Below are positions 42,642-54,213 of a stretch of DNA of 55,118 bases, in pieces. Origin of the DNA: Alphaproteobacteria bacterium. GTDB lineage: Bacteria > Pseudomonadota > Alphaproteobacteria > Rhodobacterales > Rhodobacteraceae. Below the pieces are notes generated by a model. The model made no database searches, was not told the origin of the DNA, and saw only the letters and a program-made list of their open reading frames with translations. A program made the position numbers and the translations under genes. Within the stretch, counting starts at the first letter, position 1. The number at the start of each line of letters is the position of its first letter. The DNA lies in NCBI GenBank assembly GCA_024277955.1, contig JAJRUE010000057.1, forward strand, positions 1 through 55,118, written 5' to 3'.

Positions 42642-44210
42642 GTGAAGATCGGGGCACCGAAAGAGATAATCGAAGGCGAAGCGCGGGTCGCGATGACGCC
42701 CGAAAGCGCGGCGGCGCTGCAAAAGCTGGGCCACGACTGCGTGATCGAAGCGGGCGCGGGCAAGGCCGCCGGGTTCACCGACGCGGCCTACAAGGACGCC
42801 GGCGTCGAGGTGGTCAAGACCGCGGCGGCACTTTGGAAAGCCGCGGATGTGGTGGTCAAGGTCCGCCCGCCGGAACCGGCCGAGCTGAAGCGGCTGCGCA
42901 AGGACCAGCTGCTGATCAGCTTCTTCAACCCCGGCGAAAACGAAGCCGGGCTCAAGGCGGCGGCCGAAAAGGGCGCCAGCGTCATCGCCATGGAAATGGT
43001 GCCGCGCATCAGCCGCGCGCAGAAGATGGACGCGCTGAGCTCGATGGCCAATATCGCCGGCTACCGGTCGGTGATCGAGGCGGCGGAAAACTTCCCGCGG
43101 TTCTTCACCGGCCAGGTGACGGCGGCGGGCAAGGTGCCGCCGGCCAGGATCCTGGTGGTGGGGGCCGGCGTCGCCGGGCTTGCCGCGATCGGCACCGCGA
43201 CCAGCCTTGGCGCCATCGTCTATGCCTTTGACGTGCGCCCCGAGGTGGCCGAGCAGATCGAAAGCATGGGGGCCGAGTTCGTTTTCCTCGAATTCGAGGA
43301 CGATCAGGACGGGGCCGAAACCGGCGGTTACGCCAAGCCCTCCAGCCCCGAATTCCTGGCCAAGCAGCTGGAAAAGTTCCGCGAAATGGCGCCCGAGATG
43401 GACGTGGTGATCACCACCGCGCTGATCCCGGGCCGGCCCGCGCCCAAGCTCTGGACCAGGGACATGGTCGAGATGATGAAGCCCGGCAGCGTGATCGTCG
43501 ATCTGGCGGCCGAGCGCGGCGGCAACTGCGAACTGACCAAGGCCGACGAGAAAGTCGTCACCAGGAACGGCGTGACCATCATCGGCTACACCGATTTCCC
43601 GTCGCGCATGGCGGCGCAAAGTTCGACCCTTTACGCCAACAACATCCGGCACATGATTTCCGACCTGACCCCGGAAAAGGACGGGGTGATCGTGCACGAC
43701 ATGGAGGACGACGTGATCCGGTCGGCCACCGTCGCCCACGCGGGCGAGGTGACCTTTCCGCCGCCGCCGCTGAAAGTGCAGGCGATCGCGTCCAGGAAAC
43801 CGGCCCCGGCGCCGGAAAAGACCCCCGAAGAAATCGCCGCCGAAGAAGCCGCGGCCCAGAAAAAGGCCGGTCGTCAGCAGGTTGGCCTGTTGGTGTTGGG
43901 CGGGCTGTTCATGTTGCTGGTCGGCCAATACGCGCCCGCCGCCTTCATGGGGCATTTCATCGTCTTCGTGCTAGCGGTCTTTGTCGGCTTCCAGGTGATC
44001 TGGGGGGTGGCGCATGCGCTGCACACGCCGCTGATGGCGGTGACCAACGCCATATCCGGCATCATCATCGTGGGCGCGCTGCTGCAGATCGGCTCGGGCA
44101 GCGCGGTGGTCGTGGTGCTTGCCGCGGTCTCGGTCCTGATCGCGACCATCAACATCGTCGGCGGCTTCATGGTCACCCGGCGGATGTTGCAGATGTTCCA
44201 GAAATCGTAA
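42642..44210 (+). CDS. pntA: NAD(P) transhydrogenase subunit alpha (unsplit PntA)
   Basis: GTG 42642 preceded by AAGGAGGAG. It has an alanine dehydrogenase-like dI domain with [13 protein letters not shown] and C-terminal TM helices. Confidence 0.95.
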   Translation: MKIGAPKEIIEGEARVAMTPESAAALQKLGHDCVIEAGAGKAAGFTDAAYKDAGVEVVKTAAALWKAADVVVKVRPPEPAELKRLRKDQLLISFFNPGENEAGLKAAAEKGASVIAMEMVPRISRAQKMDALSSMANIAGYRSVIEAAENFPRFFTGQVTAAGKVPPARILVVGAGVAGLAAIGTATSLGAIVYAFDVRPEVAEQIESMGAEFVFLEFEDDQDGAETGGYAKPSSPEFLAKQLEKFREMAPEMDVVITTALIPGRPAPKLWTRDMVEMMKPGSVIVDLAAERGGNCELTKADEKVVTRNGVTIIGYTDFPSRMAAQSSTLYANNIRHMISDLTPEKDGVIVHDMEDDVIRSATVAHAGEVTFPPPPLKVQAIASRKPAPAPEKTPEEIAAEEAAAQKKAGRQQVGLLVLGGLFMLLVGQYAPAAFMGHFIVFVLAVFVGFQVIWGVAHALHTPLMAVTNAISGIIIVGALLQIGSGSAVVVVLAAVSVLIATINIVGGFMVTRRMLQMFQKS

Positions 44211-44230
44211 GCGGGCAGGAGAGTTAGATT

Positions 44231-45610
44231 ATGTCCATGACAGCAGAGCTTCAGACTGCCGCTTATATCACGGCTGCGGTCTTGTTCATTCTCAGCCTTG
44301 GCGGGCTGAAGGATCAGGAAAGCGCCAAGCGCGGCGTCTGGTTCGGGATCGTCGGCATGGCGATCGCGGTGATCGCCACCATCTGGGGCCCGGGGGTCGA
44401 GCTGAGCGCGATCCTGATCGGCGCCATCCTGGTGGGCACGGTGATCGGCGCCATCGTCGCGATCCGGGTGGAAATGACCGGCATGCCCCAGCTGGTGGCG
44501 GCGTTGCACAGTTTCGTCGGCCTGGCGGCGGTGTTCATCGGGCTCAATTCCGACCTGACGGTGCAGGAATTTGTCTCGAACGCCGAAAAGATCATCCACG
44601 AGGTCGAGGTCTTTCTGGGCGTCTTCATCGGCGCGGTCACCTTCACCGGCTCGATCGTCGCCTTTGGCAAGCTGGCCGGCAAGATCGACGGCAAGGCGCT
44701 GATCCTGCCGATGCGGCATCTGTGGAACGTGCTGATCGTCGCCGGGTCGCTGGTGCTGCTGGTGCTCTACATGCAGGGGGCCGGATCCTGGACGCTTTAC
44801 GCGATGACGGTGCTGGCGCTGATCCTGGGCTGGCACCTGGTGATGGCGATCGGCGGGGCCGACATGCCGGTGGTGGTCAGCATGCTCAACAGCTATTCGG
44901 GCTGGGCGGCGGCGGCGACCGGCTTCTTGCTGGGCAACGATCTGCTGATCGTGACCGGGGCGCTGGTCGGCTCTTCCGGCGCGATCCTGAGCTACATCAT
45001 GTGCGTCGCCATGAACCGCAAGTTCCTGAGCGTGATCCTTGGCGGCTTTGGCGGCCAGTCCGGCCCGGCGATGGAGATCGAGGGCGAAATGGTCGCCATC
45101 GACGCCGATGGCGTGGCCGGGGCGCTGGAAGATGCCGAGAGCGTGATCATCGTGCCGGGCTACGGCATGGCGGTGGCGCAGGCCCAGCAGTCGGTGGCCG
45201 AACTGACCCGGCGGCTGCGCGCCAAGGGCAAGACCGTGCGCTTCGGCATTCACCCGGTGGCGGGCCGTCTGCCCGGCCACATGAACGTGCTTCTGGCCGA
45301 AGCCAAGGTGCCCTACGACATCGTGCTGGAAATGGACGAGATCAACGACGATTTCCCGAGCACCGACGTGGTGATCGTGATCGGCGCCAATGACATCGTG
45401 AACCCGGCGGCGCAGGAAGACCCCAACAGCCCGATCGCCGGCATGCCGGTGCTCGAGGTCTGGAAGGCGAAACAGGTCTTTGTCTCGAAGCGCGGGCAGG
45501 GGACCGGCTATTCGGGCATCGAAAACCCGCTGTTCTTCAAGGAAAACACGCGCATGTATTACGGCGATGCCAAGGCCAGCATGGACGACTTGCTGACACG
45601 GATCACCTGA
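44231..45610 (+). CDS. pntB: NAD(P) transhydrogenase subunit beta
   Basis: 459 aa with an N-terminal multi-TM dII domain and a C-terminal NADP(H)-binding dIII domain ([10 protein letters not shown]). Confidence 0.96.
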   Translation: MSMTAELQTAAYITAAVLFILSLGGLKDQESAKRGVWFGIVGMAIAVIATIWGPGVELSAILIGAILVGTVIGAIVAIRVEMTGMPQLVAALHSFVGLAAVFIGLNSDLTVQEFVSNAEKIIHEVEVFLGVFIGAVTFTGSIVAFGKLAGKIDGKALILPMRHLWNVLIVAGSLVLLVLYMQGAGSWTLYAMTVLALILGWHLVMAIGGADMPVVVSMLNSYSGWAAAATGFLLGNDLLIVTGALVGSSGAILSYIMCVAMNRKFLSVILGGFGGQSGPAMEIEGEMVAIDADGVAGALEDAESVIIVPGYGMAVAQAQQSVAELTRRLRAKGKTVRFGIHPVAGRLPGHMNVLLAEAKVPYDIVLEMDEINDDFPSTDVVIVIGANDIVNPAAQEDPNSPIAGMPVLEVWKAKQVFVSKRGQGTGYSGIENPLFFKENTRMYYGDAKASMDDLLTRIT

Positions 45611-45623
45611 GGGTGAAACCGAC

Positions 45624-45658
45624 AAGGGCCGCACCGAAGAACTGGGGCGGCCTTTTTC
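45624..45658 (+). terminator. Probable intrinsic terminator after pntB
   Basis: aaGGGCCGC...GCGGCCtttttcg. The loop is rather long (about 14 nt). Confidence 0.55.
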
Positions 45659-45715
45659 GTTGGGACGGCGACTGTTGGATACGCATGGTCGGAAACGCAT
45701 AGGCAGGCAGGAAAG

Positions 45716-46555
45716 ATGGCGGCACACCCGAGCCCAGACAGTTCGACCTGGCGGCGCGCCCTTGGCGTGGCGGCGGTGATCGCGGCGCTGGTGGCGCTGC
45801 AGGTGGCGGCGCAGCTGAGTCACCTGCCGGCCTGGCGCGCCTGGATGCCGCTGGCGTCGGTGCTGGCGGCGGGGCTGATGCTGGGGGTCTACGGGCTTTG
45901 GCGGCAGCGGGCTGGCGGTGCGCCGCCGGGCGATCTGCCACTGTCGCGTCTGGTGCCGCATGTGGCGCTTGGCCTGGCGCTCGGCGCGGGTCTGCAGGCG
46001 CTCACCGTGGTTTCGATATCGCTGGTGGCGCAGGTGCAGATCTCGGGGCCGAATGCGCCCGCGGTGATGGTGCCGGCGCTGGCCGATGCGCTGGAAACCG
46101 CGGTGTTCGAGGAAATCCTGTGGCGCGGGATGCTGCTGGCCTGGCTCGAAACGCGCTGGGGCAGCGGGCGGGCGCTGCTGATCTCGGCGCTGCTGTTCGG
46201 CGCGATGCATTTCGCCAACCCGGGCTTTTCGCCGGTGGCTGTGGTCGGGCTGGTGGCCGCCGGAGTTCTGCTGGCCGCCGCCTGGATCGCCGCGCGCAGC
46301 CTGTGGCTGCCGATCGGGCTGCACCTGGCCTGGAACTTCACCGAAACCGGCGTTTTCGGCGCCTCGACATCGGGCCACGGCGAGCTTGCCGGACTGTTCG
46401 CCACCCGGTTTTCCGGCCCGCCACTGCTGACCGGCGGCGATTTCGGCCCCGAGGCCGCGCTCACCGGGGTGATCGTGGTGGCGCTGGCGGCGGCGGCGAT
46501 GGTGGGCGTGGCGTGGCGGCGCGGGCAATTCCGCCCCCCGGCTCTGGCATGCTGA
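45716..46555 (+). CDS. CPBP-family (CAAX/Abi) intramembrane metalloprotease
   Basis: Motifs FEEILWRG, GAMHF and GLHLAWNF in a multi-TM protein. Confidence 0.85.
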   Translation: MAAHPSPDSSTWRRALGVAAVIAALVALQVAAQLSHLPAWRAWMPLASVLAAGLMLGVYGLWRQRAGGAPPGDLPLSRLVPHVALGLALGAGLQALTVVSISLVAQVQISGPNAPAVMVPALADALETAVFEEILWRGMLLAWLETRWGSGRALLISALLFGAMHFANPGFSPVAVVGLVAAGVLLAAAWIAARSLWLPIGLHLAWNFTETGVFGASTSGHGELAGLFATRFSGPPLLTGGDFGPEAALTGVIVVALAAAAMVGVAWRRGQFRPPALAC

Positions 46556-46714
46556 AGCCGATGAACGGGGCGACGCCGCTCTTGGCCAGCCCGATCCCAG
46601 GGGGTATATGGCAGCAACCTGGCCCGGCGGTAACATTCCGGACCAATGCCGGCAGTGCCGCAGTCGGGGCCGAAAGCCCTGGCGCTGCGGCCTCGCAACA
46701 GGGAAGGCGGACGG

Positions 46715-48019
46715 ATGAACAGGGATGACGCCGAAACCACCGGGCTGCGCGACCACGCGCTGCGCTACGCCCTGGCAAATGAGCTGCATGCCCGGCCCTT
46801 TGCGGCGTTGAGCGTGCCGAGCCACGCGGTCTTTCTGGCGATCAAGCCGGAAAAGAACGCCAAGAGCCGCGACCGCGAAGCCGACCGCGCCCACCTGCTG
46901 GCGCTTCTGGACCGTTTCGGCGCGCCGCACCCCCAGCCGGGGGCCACGCATTATTTCGGTGATCTGGGGCGCTACCGGCTCAAATGGGAACAGCATTCCG
47001 AATTCGTGACCTATACGCTGTTCGGCGAAGGGATTTATGACAACCCCTTTGATCCGGGCGCGTTCGAAGCCTTCCCGTCCGACTGGCTGGCTCAGGCGCC
47101 CGGGGTGCGGGTCAGTTCCGCTCTGATCCGGGTGGAAACCATGCCCGACAGCGCCGCCAGGATCGATGCACAACTTGGCAAGTGGTTCGTTTCCGAAAGC
47201 CTGGCGGTGTCGCGGGTGGCCGATGGCTGCGCCGTGATCGCCGGGGATTTCCGCATCGACAGCGCCGGGCACATGCGCTTTGCGGTTTTCGTGAAGCCGG
47301 ACACCACCGCCCGGCGCATCGGGCGGATCGTCCAGCGCATCTGCGAGCTGGAAGTCTACAAGACCATGTCGTTGCTGGCCCTGCCGATGGCGCGGGCGGT
47401 GTCCAAGCGCATGGTCGAATTCGATGCCGAGGTTTCGGCCCTGGTCAGCCATGTCAGCGGCGACGACCAGCCCGCGCGCGGGATCCTGGACGAACTGCTG
47501 GCCCTGTCCACCGAACTGGAAGCGCTGATGGCGCGCCACGCCTACCGGTTCAGCGCCACCAATGCCTATTCGGCGCTGGTGCAGGAACGCATCGACATCA
47601 TGCGCGAAGAACGCTTCGAGGGCCGCCAGACCTTCCGCGAATTCATGATGCGCCGGTTCGATCCGGCGATGCGCTCGATCCGGGCGGCGGCCAGCCAGCT
47701 CGAACAGATGGCGACCCGCACCAAACGCGCGGGCGACCTGCTGCGCACCCGCGTCGAGGTGGCGCGTTCCGAGCAGAACCAGAAGCTGCTCGCCAGCATG
47801 GACCGGCGGGTGGCGCTGCAACTGCGGCTGCAAAAGACGGTCGAGGGGCTGTCGGTGGTGGCGATCGGCTATTACACCGTCAACCTGGCCGCCTATTTCC
47901 TGGCGCCGTTTGCCAAGGGCTATGGGGTCTCCAAGACCTACCTGATGGCGGGGCTGACGCCGGTGGTGCTGTTGGCGCTGTGGGTGGTCCTGCACCGGAT
48001 TCGCAAGCATCTGGAGTAG
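46715..48019 (+). CDS. DUF3422-family membrane-anchored protein
   Basis: The N-terminus LRYALANELHARPF...YRLKWEQHSEFVTYT is typical of DUF3422. Two C-terminal TM helices. The start is taken at ATG 46715. Confidence 0.78.
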   Translation: MNRDDAETTGLRDHALRYALANELHARPFAALSVPSHAVFLAIKPEKNAKSRDREADRAHLLALLDRFGAPHPQPGATHYFGDLGRYRLKWEQHSEFVTYTLFGEGIYDNPFDPGAFEAFPSDWLAQAPGVRVSSALIRVETMPDSAARIDAQLGKWFVSESLAVSRVADGCAVIAGDFRIDSAGHMRFAVFVKPDTTARRIGRIVQRICELEVYKTMSLLALPMARAVSKRMVEFDAEVSALVSHVSGDDQPARGILDELLALSTELEALMARHAYRFSATNAYSALVQERIDIMREERFEGRQTFREFMMRRFDPAMRSIRAAASQLEQMATRTKRAGDLLRTRVEVARSEQNQKLLASMDRRVALQLRLQKTVEGLSVVAIGYYTVNLAAYFLAPFAKGYGVSKTYLMAGLTPVVLLALWVVLHRIRKHLE

Positions 48020-48042
48020 CGGCAGGGGGCTTTCCTCCCCCT

Positions 48043-48106
48043 TCTGGGCGCTGGCCGCGCCCATTCACCCCCGATCTGGGCGCTGGCCGCGCCCATTCAC
48101 CCCCGA
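48043..48106 (+). repeat. Perfect 32-bp tandem duplication
   Basis: TCTGGGCGCTGGCCGCGCCCATTCACCCCCGA occurs twice without a gap (48043-48074 and 48075-48106). Confidence 0.95.
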
Positions 48107-48166
48107 GGATATTTTTCAAAAGAAGAAACCGGTTTCTTCTTTGCCAAAATACTCCCGCCGGAGGCA
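48101..48166. repeat. REP2 hairpin (two inverted arms with almost no spacer)
   Basis: ccccGAGGATATTTTTCAAAAGAAGAAACC / GGTTTCTTCTTTGCCAAAATACTCCCGCCGGAGGCA. It ends 2 nt before the permease stop codon. Confidence 0.8.
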
Positions 48167-48168
48167 GC

Positions 48169-49101
48169 TCACCGCCCGCGGATGCGCGGGTCCAGCGCGT
48201 CGCGCAGGCCGTCTCCGATATAGTTCACCGAAAGTACGGTCAGCGAAATGGCGAGACCGGGCCAGATCACGCGCTCGGGGTATTGCTGCAGGTAGTCAGT
48301 GGCGTCGAACAGCAACCGGCCCCAGGTCGGAAAGTCCGACGGAAAGCCCAGGCCCAGGAAGGACAGCGCGCTTTCGGTGATGATCGCATTGGCGATGCCC
48401 AGCGTCGCCGAGACCATGATCGGCGACAGCACGTTGGGCAGGATGTGGCGGGTGATCATCCGGCGCGAGGGCGTGCCGATGGAGCGCGCCGCCAGCACGA
48501 ATTCGCGTTCCTTCAGCGCCAGCACGTCGCCGCGCACGATGCGCGCGGTCTGCATCCAGCTGGTGATTCCGATGACGAAGACGATCAGGATGAAGATGCC
48601 GCTTTCGGGCCCGAAGGTCGCGCGCAGCGGGTCGCGGAACAGCATGATGATCACCAGCAGCAGCGGCAGCAGCGGCAGCGCCAGGAACAGATCGGTCAGG
48701 CGCATCAGCGGCCCGTCGAGCTTCTTGAAATAGCCGGCCAGCACCCCGATCGCGGTGCCCAGCAGCAGCGACAGCCCCATCGCCGTCAGCCCCACCGAAA
48801 CCGAGGTCTGCCCGCCCTTGATCATCCGCGCCATGGTATCGCGGCCCAGCTGGTCGGTGCCGAAGGGATGCGCCAGCGACGGGCCCTGGTTGCGGGCGCG
48901 AATGTCGATATAGGTGGCGTCGATGGTCCACAGATAGGGGCCAAGGAACACCGCCAGCACCACGAAGACGAAAAACGCGGCCCCGATCAGGGCGCCCTTG
49001 TGGGTCTTGAACTGGTCCCAGACGTCCCACCACTGGTTGCGCGGCGGGCGGGCGGCGTGATCGACGTTGGGGCTGTCGGTGCTGGCGGGGGTATCAGTCA
49101 T
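48169..49101 (-). CDS. Peptide/nickel-type ABC transporter permease (DppC/OppC-like)
   Basis: 310 aa, multi-TM, with the family loop ARSIGTPSRRMITRHILPNV. The start overlaps the upstream permease gene by 8 nt. Confidence 0.92.
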   Translation of the reverse strand: MTDTPASTDSPNVDHAARPPRNQWWDVWDQFKTHKGALIGAAFFVFVVLAVFLGPYLWTIDATYIDIRARNQGPSLAHPFGTDQLGRDTMARMIKGGQTSVSVGLTAMGLSLLLGTAIGVLAGYFKKLDGPLMRLTDLFLALPLLPLLLVIIMLFRDPLRATFGPESGIFILIVFVIGITSWMQTARIVRGDVLALKEREFVLAARSIGTPSRRMITRHILPNVLSPIMVSATLGIANAIITESALSFLGLGFPSDFPTWGRLLFDATDYLQQYPERVIWPGLAISLTVLSVNYIGDGLRDALDPRIRGR

Positions 49102-50101
49102 AGCGGATCCTCGGGTCCAGAATGCCGTAGAGGATATCGGCGATCAGGTTGAAGACCACGATCAGCACCGCGAAGATGAAGGTCAGCGTCTGCACCATCG
49201 GCAGGTCGTTGGCCTGGATCGCGGTGATCAGCAGCTGGCCGATGCCGTTCACCTTGAACACCTGTTCGGTGATGATGGCGCCGCCGAAGATGCCGGGCAC
49301 CCCCAGCGCGATCACCGTGATCACCGGGATCATCGAGTTGCGCAGCACGTGCACCATGACCACGGTGCTTTCGCTCAGCCCCTTGGCGCGGGCCGTGCGC
49401 ACGTAGTCCTGGTTCAGGTTGTCCAGCATCGAGGCGCGCATGAAGCGGCTGATCTGCGCCGTCGTCTGCAGCGCCAGCACCATCACCGGCATGATCATCT
49501 GGCGCAGCTGCACCTTGAAGCTGGCCCAGTCGGTGACGACATGGGTTGTGTCGTAGATCGACGGGAACCAGCCCAGCTTCACCGAAAAGATCACGATCAC
49601 CAGCACGCCGGAAAAGAACGGCGGCACCGAATAGCCGATCATCGAAACGAAGGTGCCGGCCTGGTCGAATACCGAATACTGGCGGTAGGCGGAATAGATG
49701 CCGATCGGCAGCGCGATCAGCACCCCCACCACATAGGCCAGCCCCACCACCCAGAGCGTCTGCGGGATGCGCTGGGCGACGATGTCCATCACCGGGCTGC
49801 GGGTCTGCCAGCTGATGATCCGCTGCTGGCCCTCGGCGAAGGCGGTGCCCGCCCAGCCGTCGATCCAGTTGAGCGGCTCGACCCAGAGAAACTGCAGGAT
49901 CCACTTGCCGAAACGGATATAGCCCGGCTGGCCGAGGCCAAGCGCTTCGCGCATCTTTTCCTTGACCTCGGGCGGCACGGTCAGCGGCACGTTGGCCATC
50001 GGGTCGCCCGGCGCCAGTTCCAGCAGCAGAAAGATGGCCAGAGCGATGATCAGAAGCGTCGGCACGGCAATCGCCAGCCTGCGGATCGTGTAATTCAGCA
50101 T
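49094..50101 (-). CDS. Peptide/nickel-type ABC transporter permease (DppB/OppB-like)
   Basis: 335 aa with N-terminus MLNYTIRRLAIAVPTLL and loop YVRTARAKGLSE...HVLRNS. Confidence 0.92.
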   Translation of the reverse strand: MLNYTIRRLAIAVPTLLIIALAIFLLLELAPGDPMANVPLTVPPEVKEKMREALGLGQPGYIRFGKWILQFLWVEPLNWIDGWAGTAFAEGQQRIISWQTRSPVMDIVAQRIPQTLWVVGLAYVVGVLIALPIGIYSAYRQYSVFDQAGTFVSMIGYSVPPFFSGVLVIVIFSVKLGWFPSIYDTTHVVTDWASFKVQLRQMIMPVMVLALQTTAQISRFMRASMLDNLNQDYVRTARAKGLSESTVVMVHVLRNSMIPVITVIALGVPGIFGGAIITEQVFKVNGIGQLLITAIQANDLPMVQTLTFIFAVLIVVFNLIADILYGILDPRIRYD

Positions 50102-50185
50102 CGGCGCCTCGGATCAACGTTCATGCCTTGGGGTCCTGAAAGCGTGGGGGCCGCGCGCAACGACGCGGCCCCCGGTTTTTCGGGC

Positions 50186-51886
<1,701 letters not shown>

Positions 51887-51887
51887 G

Positions 51888-52952
51888 TTATTGGTCTCCT
51901 TGTTGGGTTAGCTCGTTTTCCTCATGCGCCGCCATTGAACTGGCGAACTCGTCAATTGCATCGTTGAAGCGGTGACAGGCGACGAAATGGCCGGTCGCGA
52001 CTTCGCGGAATTCGGGATCCTGGCGGGTGCAGATATCCATGACCTGCGGGCAGCGGGTGCAAAAGTTGCAGCCCCGCGGCGGGTTGGCGGGCGATGGCAC
52101 GTCGCCTTCCAGGATGATGCGTTCGGTGGTGGCTTCGATGGTCGGGTCGGGTTCGGGGACCGCCGACAAGAGCGCCTGCGTGTAAGGGTGCAGCGGCGCG
52201 TGGTAGAGCGCTTCGCGCGGCGCCAGTTCGACGATCTTGCCCAGATACATCACCGCCACCCGGTCGGCGATGTGGCGCACCATCGACAGGTCGTGGCTGA
52301 TGAACAGGTAGGTCAGGCCGAACTGCTTTTGCAGGTCTTCCAGCAGGTTCACCACCTGGGCCTGGATCGACACGTCAAGTGCTGCGATCGGTTCGTCGCA
52401 GACGATGAACTTGGGGTTCAGCGCCAGCGCGCGCGCAATCCCGATGCGCTGGCGCTGGCCGCCGGAAAATTCGTGCGGATAGCGGTTGGCGAAGTTGCGG
52501 TTCAGCCCCACCGCGTCCAGCAATTCGTAGATACGGGCCAGCTTTTCCTTCTTGGAAAGCCGGGTGTGTTCGTTCAGCGGTTCGCCCACGATGGCGGCCA
52601 CGGTCATGCGCGGGTTCAGGCTGGCCTGCGGATCCTGGAACACCATCTGCATGGCCGGGCGCATGGCGCGCAGCTCGTCGGCCGAGGCGTCGGCGATGTT
52701 GCGCCCCTCGATGCTGATGGTGCCGTCGGTCACCTCGTAAAGCCGCAACAGGGCACGCCCGCAGGTGGACTTGCCGCAGCCGCTTTCGCCCACCAGCCCC
52801 AGGGTTTCGCCGCGGTAGATGTCAAAGGTGACCCCGTCCACCGCCTTCACGTCGCCCACATGCCGGCGCAACAGGCCCGCGTGGATCGGAAAGTGCATTT
52901 TCAGGTCGCGCACTTCGACCAGCTTGGGCCGGGTGGCAGGATCGTCAAACAT
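51888..52952 (-). CDS. Peptide ABC transporter ATP-binding protein (DppF/OppF-like)
   Basis: Walker [10 protein letters not shown], signature [15 protein letters not shown], and a C-terminal oligopeptide-ATPase extension with CxxC (NFCTRCP). The start is taken at ATG 52950-52952. Confidence 0.92.
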   Translation of the reverse strand: MFDDPATRPKLVEVRDLKMHFPIHAGLLRRHVGDVKAVDGVTFDIYRGETLGLVGESGCGKSTCGRALLRLYEVTDGTISIEGRNIADASADELRAMRPAMQMVFQDPQASLNPRMTVAAIVGEPLNEHTRLSKKEKLARIYELLDAVGLNRNFANRYPHEFSGGQRQRIGIARALALNPKFIVCDEPIAALDVSIQAQVVNLLEDLQKQFGLTYLFISHDLSMVRHIADRVAVMYLGKIVELAPREALYHAPLHPYTQALLSAVPEPDPTIEATTERIILEGDVPSPANPPRGCNFCTRCPQVMDICTRQDPEFREVATGHFVACHRFNDAIDEFASSMAAHEENELTQQGDQ

Positions 52953-53949
52953 GGCGCGCCCCCCCGCTGGCCGGATCCCAGAAACAGGCGACATCATGGC
53001 CCGCGCCCACCGGTTCGCGGCGCGGGTTTTCGCGCGCGCAGATGTCCAGCGCATGGGCGCAGCGGGCGCGGAACGGGCAGGCGGCGGGGGCGGCGCCCAG
53101 GATCGGCGGCTGGCCCTCGATCACCCGCAGCCGTTCGGCCCGCTTGCCGCGCACGCTGGGCACGGTCTGCAGCAGGGCCCGCGTGTAGGGGTGCTGCGGG
53201 TTGGAAAACAATTCGCGCACCGGCGCCTGTTCGACCACCTGGCCGCCATACATCACCATCACCCGGTCGGCGATGCCGGCGATCACCCCCAGGTCATGGG
53301 TGATCCAGACGATCGCCATGCCCAGTTTCCGGCGCAGTTCCTTCACCAGTTCGATGATCTGCGCCTGGATGGTCACGTCCAGCGCGGTGGTGGGTTCGTC
53401 GGCGATCAGCACCTGCGGATCGCAGGCCAGCGCGATCGCGATCATCACCCGCTGGCGCATGCCGCCGGAAAACTGGTGCGGAAAGTCCCTGAGCCGCGGC
53501 GCGGCGTCGGGGATGCCCACCAGTTCCAGCAGCTCCACCGCGCGCTGACGCGCCGCGCGCTTGCTCATGCCAAGGTGCTTGCGCAGCGGCTCCATGATCT
53601 GAAAGCCGACGGTGAACACCGGGTTGAGCGAGGTCATCGGATCCTGAAAGATGAAGCCGATCCGGGCGCCGCGGATGGCGCGCAGCCTGTCTTCGTCGCA
53701 TTGCAGCAGATCCTGGCCGTCGAACAGCACCTGGCCGTTGCGGATTTCCGCGGGCGGGCTGGGCAGCAGGCCGATCAGCGACATCATGGTCACCGACTTG
53801 CCCGATCCCGATTCGCCCACCACCCCCAGCAGCTCGCCGGGGCGCAGGTCGAAACTGACCGAGTTGACGGCGTGCACGTCCCCCGACCGGGTTTTGAAGA
53901 CGGTTTCCAGGCCCTTGACATCAAGGACAGGCGCAGCCCCATCGGGCAT
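52945..53949 (-). CDS. Peptide ABC transporter ATP-binding protein (DppD/OppD-like)
   Basis: Walker [10 protein letters not shown] and signature [15 protein letters not shown]. The start is taken at ATG 53947-53949. It overlaps the next ATPase gene by 8 nt. Confidence 0.92.
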   Translation of the reverse strand: MPDGAAPVLDVKGLETVFKTRSGDVHAVNSVSFDLRPGELLGVVGESGSGKSVTMMSLIGLLPSPPAEIRNGQVLFDGQDLLQCDEDRLRAIRGARIGFIFQDPMTSLNPVFTVGFQIMEPLRKHLGMSKRAARQRAVELLELVGIPDAAPRLRDFPHQFSGGMRQRVMIAIALACDPQVLIADEPTTALDVTIQAQIIELVKELRRKLGMAIVWITHDLGVIAGIADRVMVMYGGQVVEQAPVRELFSNPQHPYTRALLQTVPSVRGKRAERLRVIEGQPPILGAAPAACPFRARCAHALDICARENPRREPVGAGHDVACFWDPASGGARHV

Positions 53950-54213
53950 GTAGTTCCCCCCAAGCAATTCTTTTTGCTTTTGTTTTCGCGCGCCTGGTCC
54001 GGGGTGTCGGCCGGCGGCTCCGATGAAAGCTATCACCAAATTCCGATCCGGCAACAGTTATCTATACGTCAAGCGCAAAAATTTGTTCATTCGATCAAGA
54101 ATTGCCCGGCCCCCCTTGACCATCGGCCCGCGCGCCCTCAGTTTCGGCCTCATGCCTGAAAACCCGCCGTTTCAGAAGCCGCCGCAGCAGCCGTCGCAAA
54201 AAAGGAGCCACCG

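Noticed and set aside
43874-48064. 1396-aa ORF on the minus strand, the longest in the window
   Set aside because: It runs antisense across three independent plus-strand genes with clear family motifs (pntB, CPBP protease, DUF3422) and two intergenic regions. Its sequence is R/G/P/H/Q-rich low complexity.
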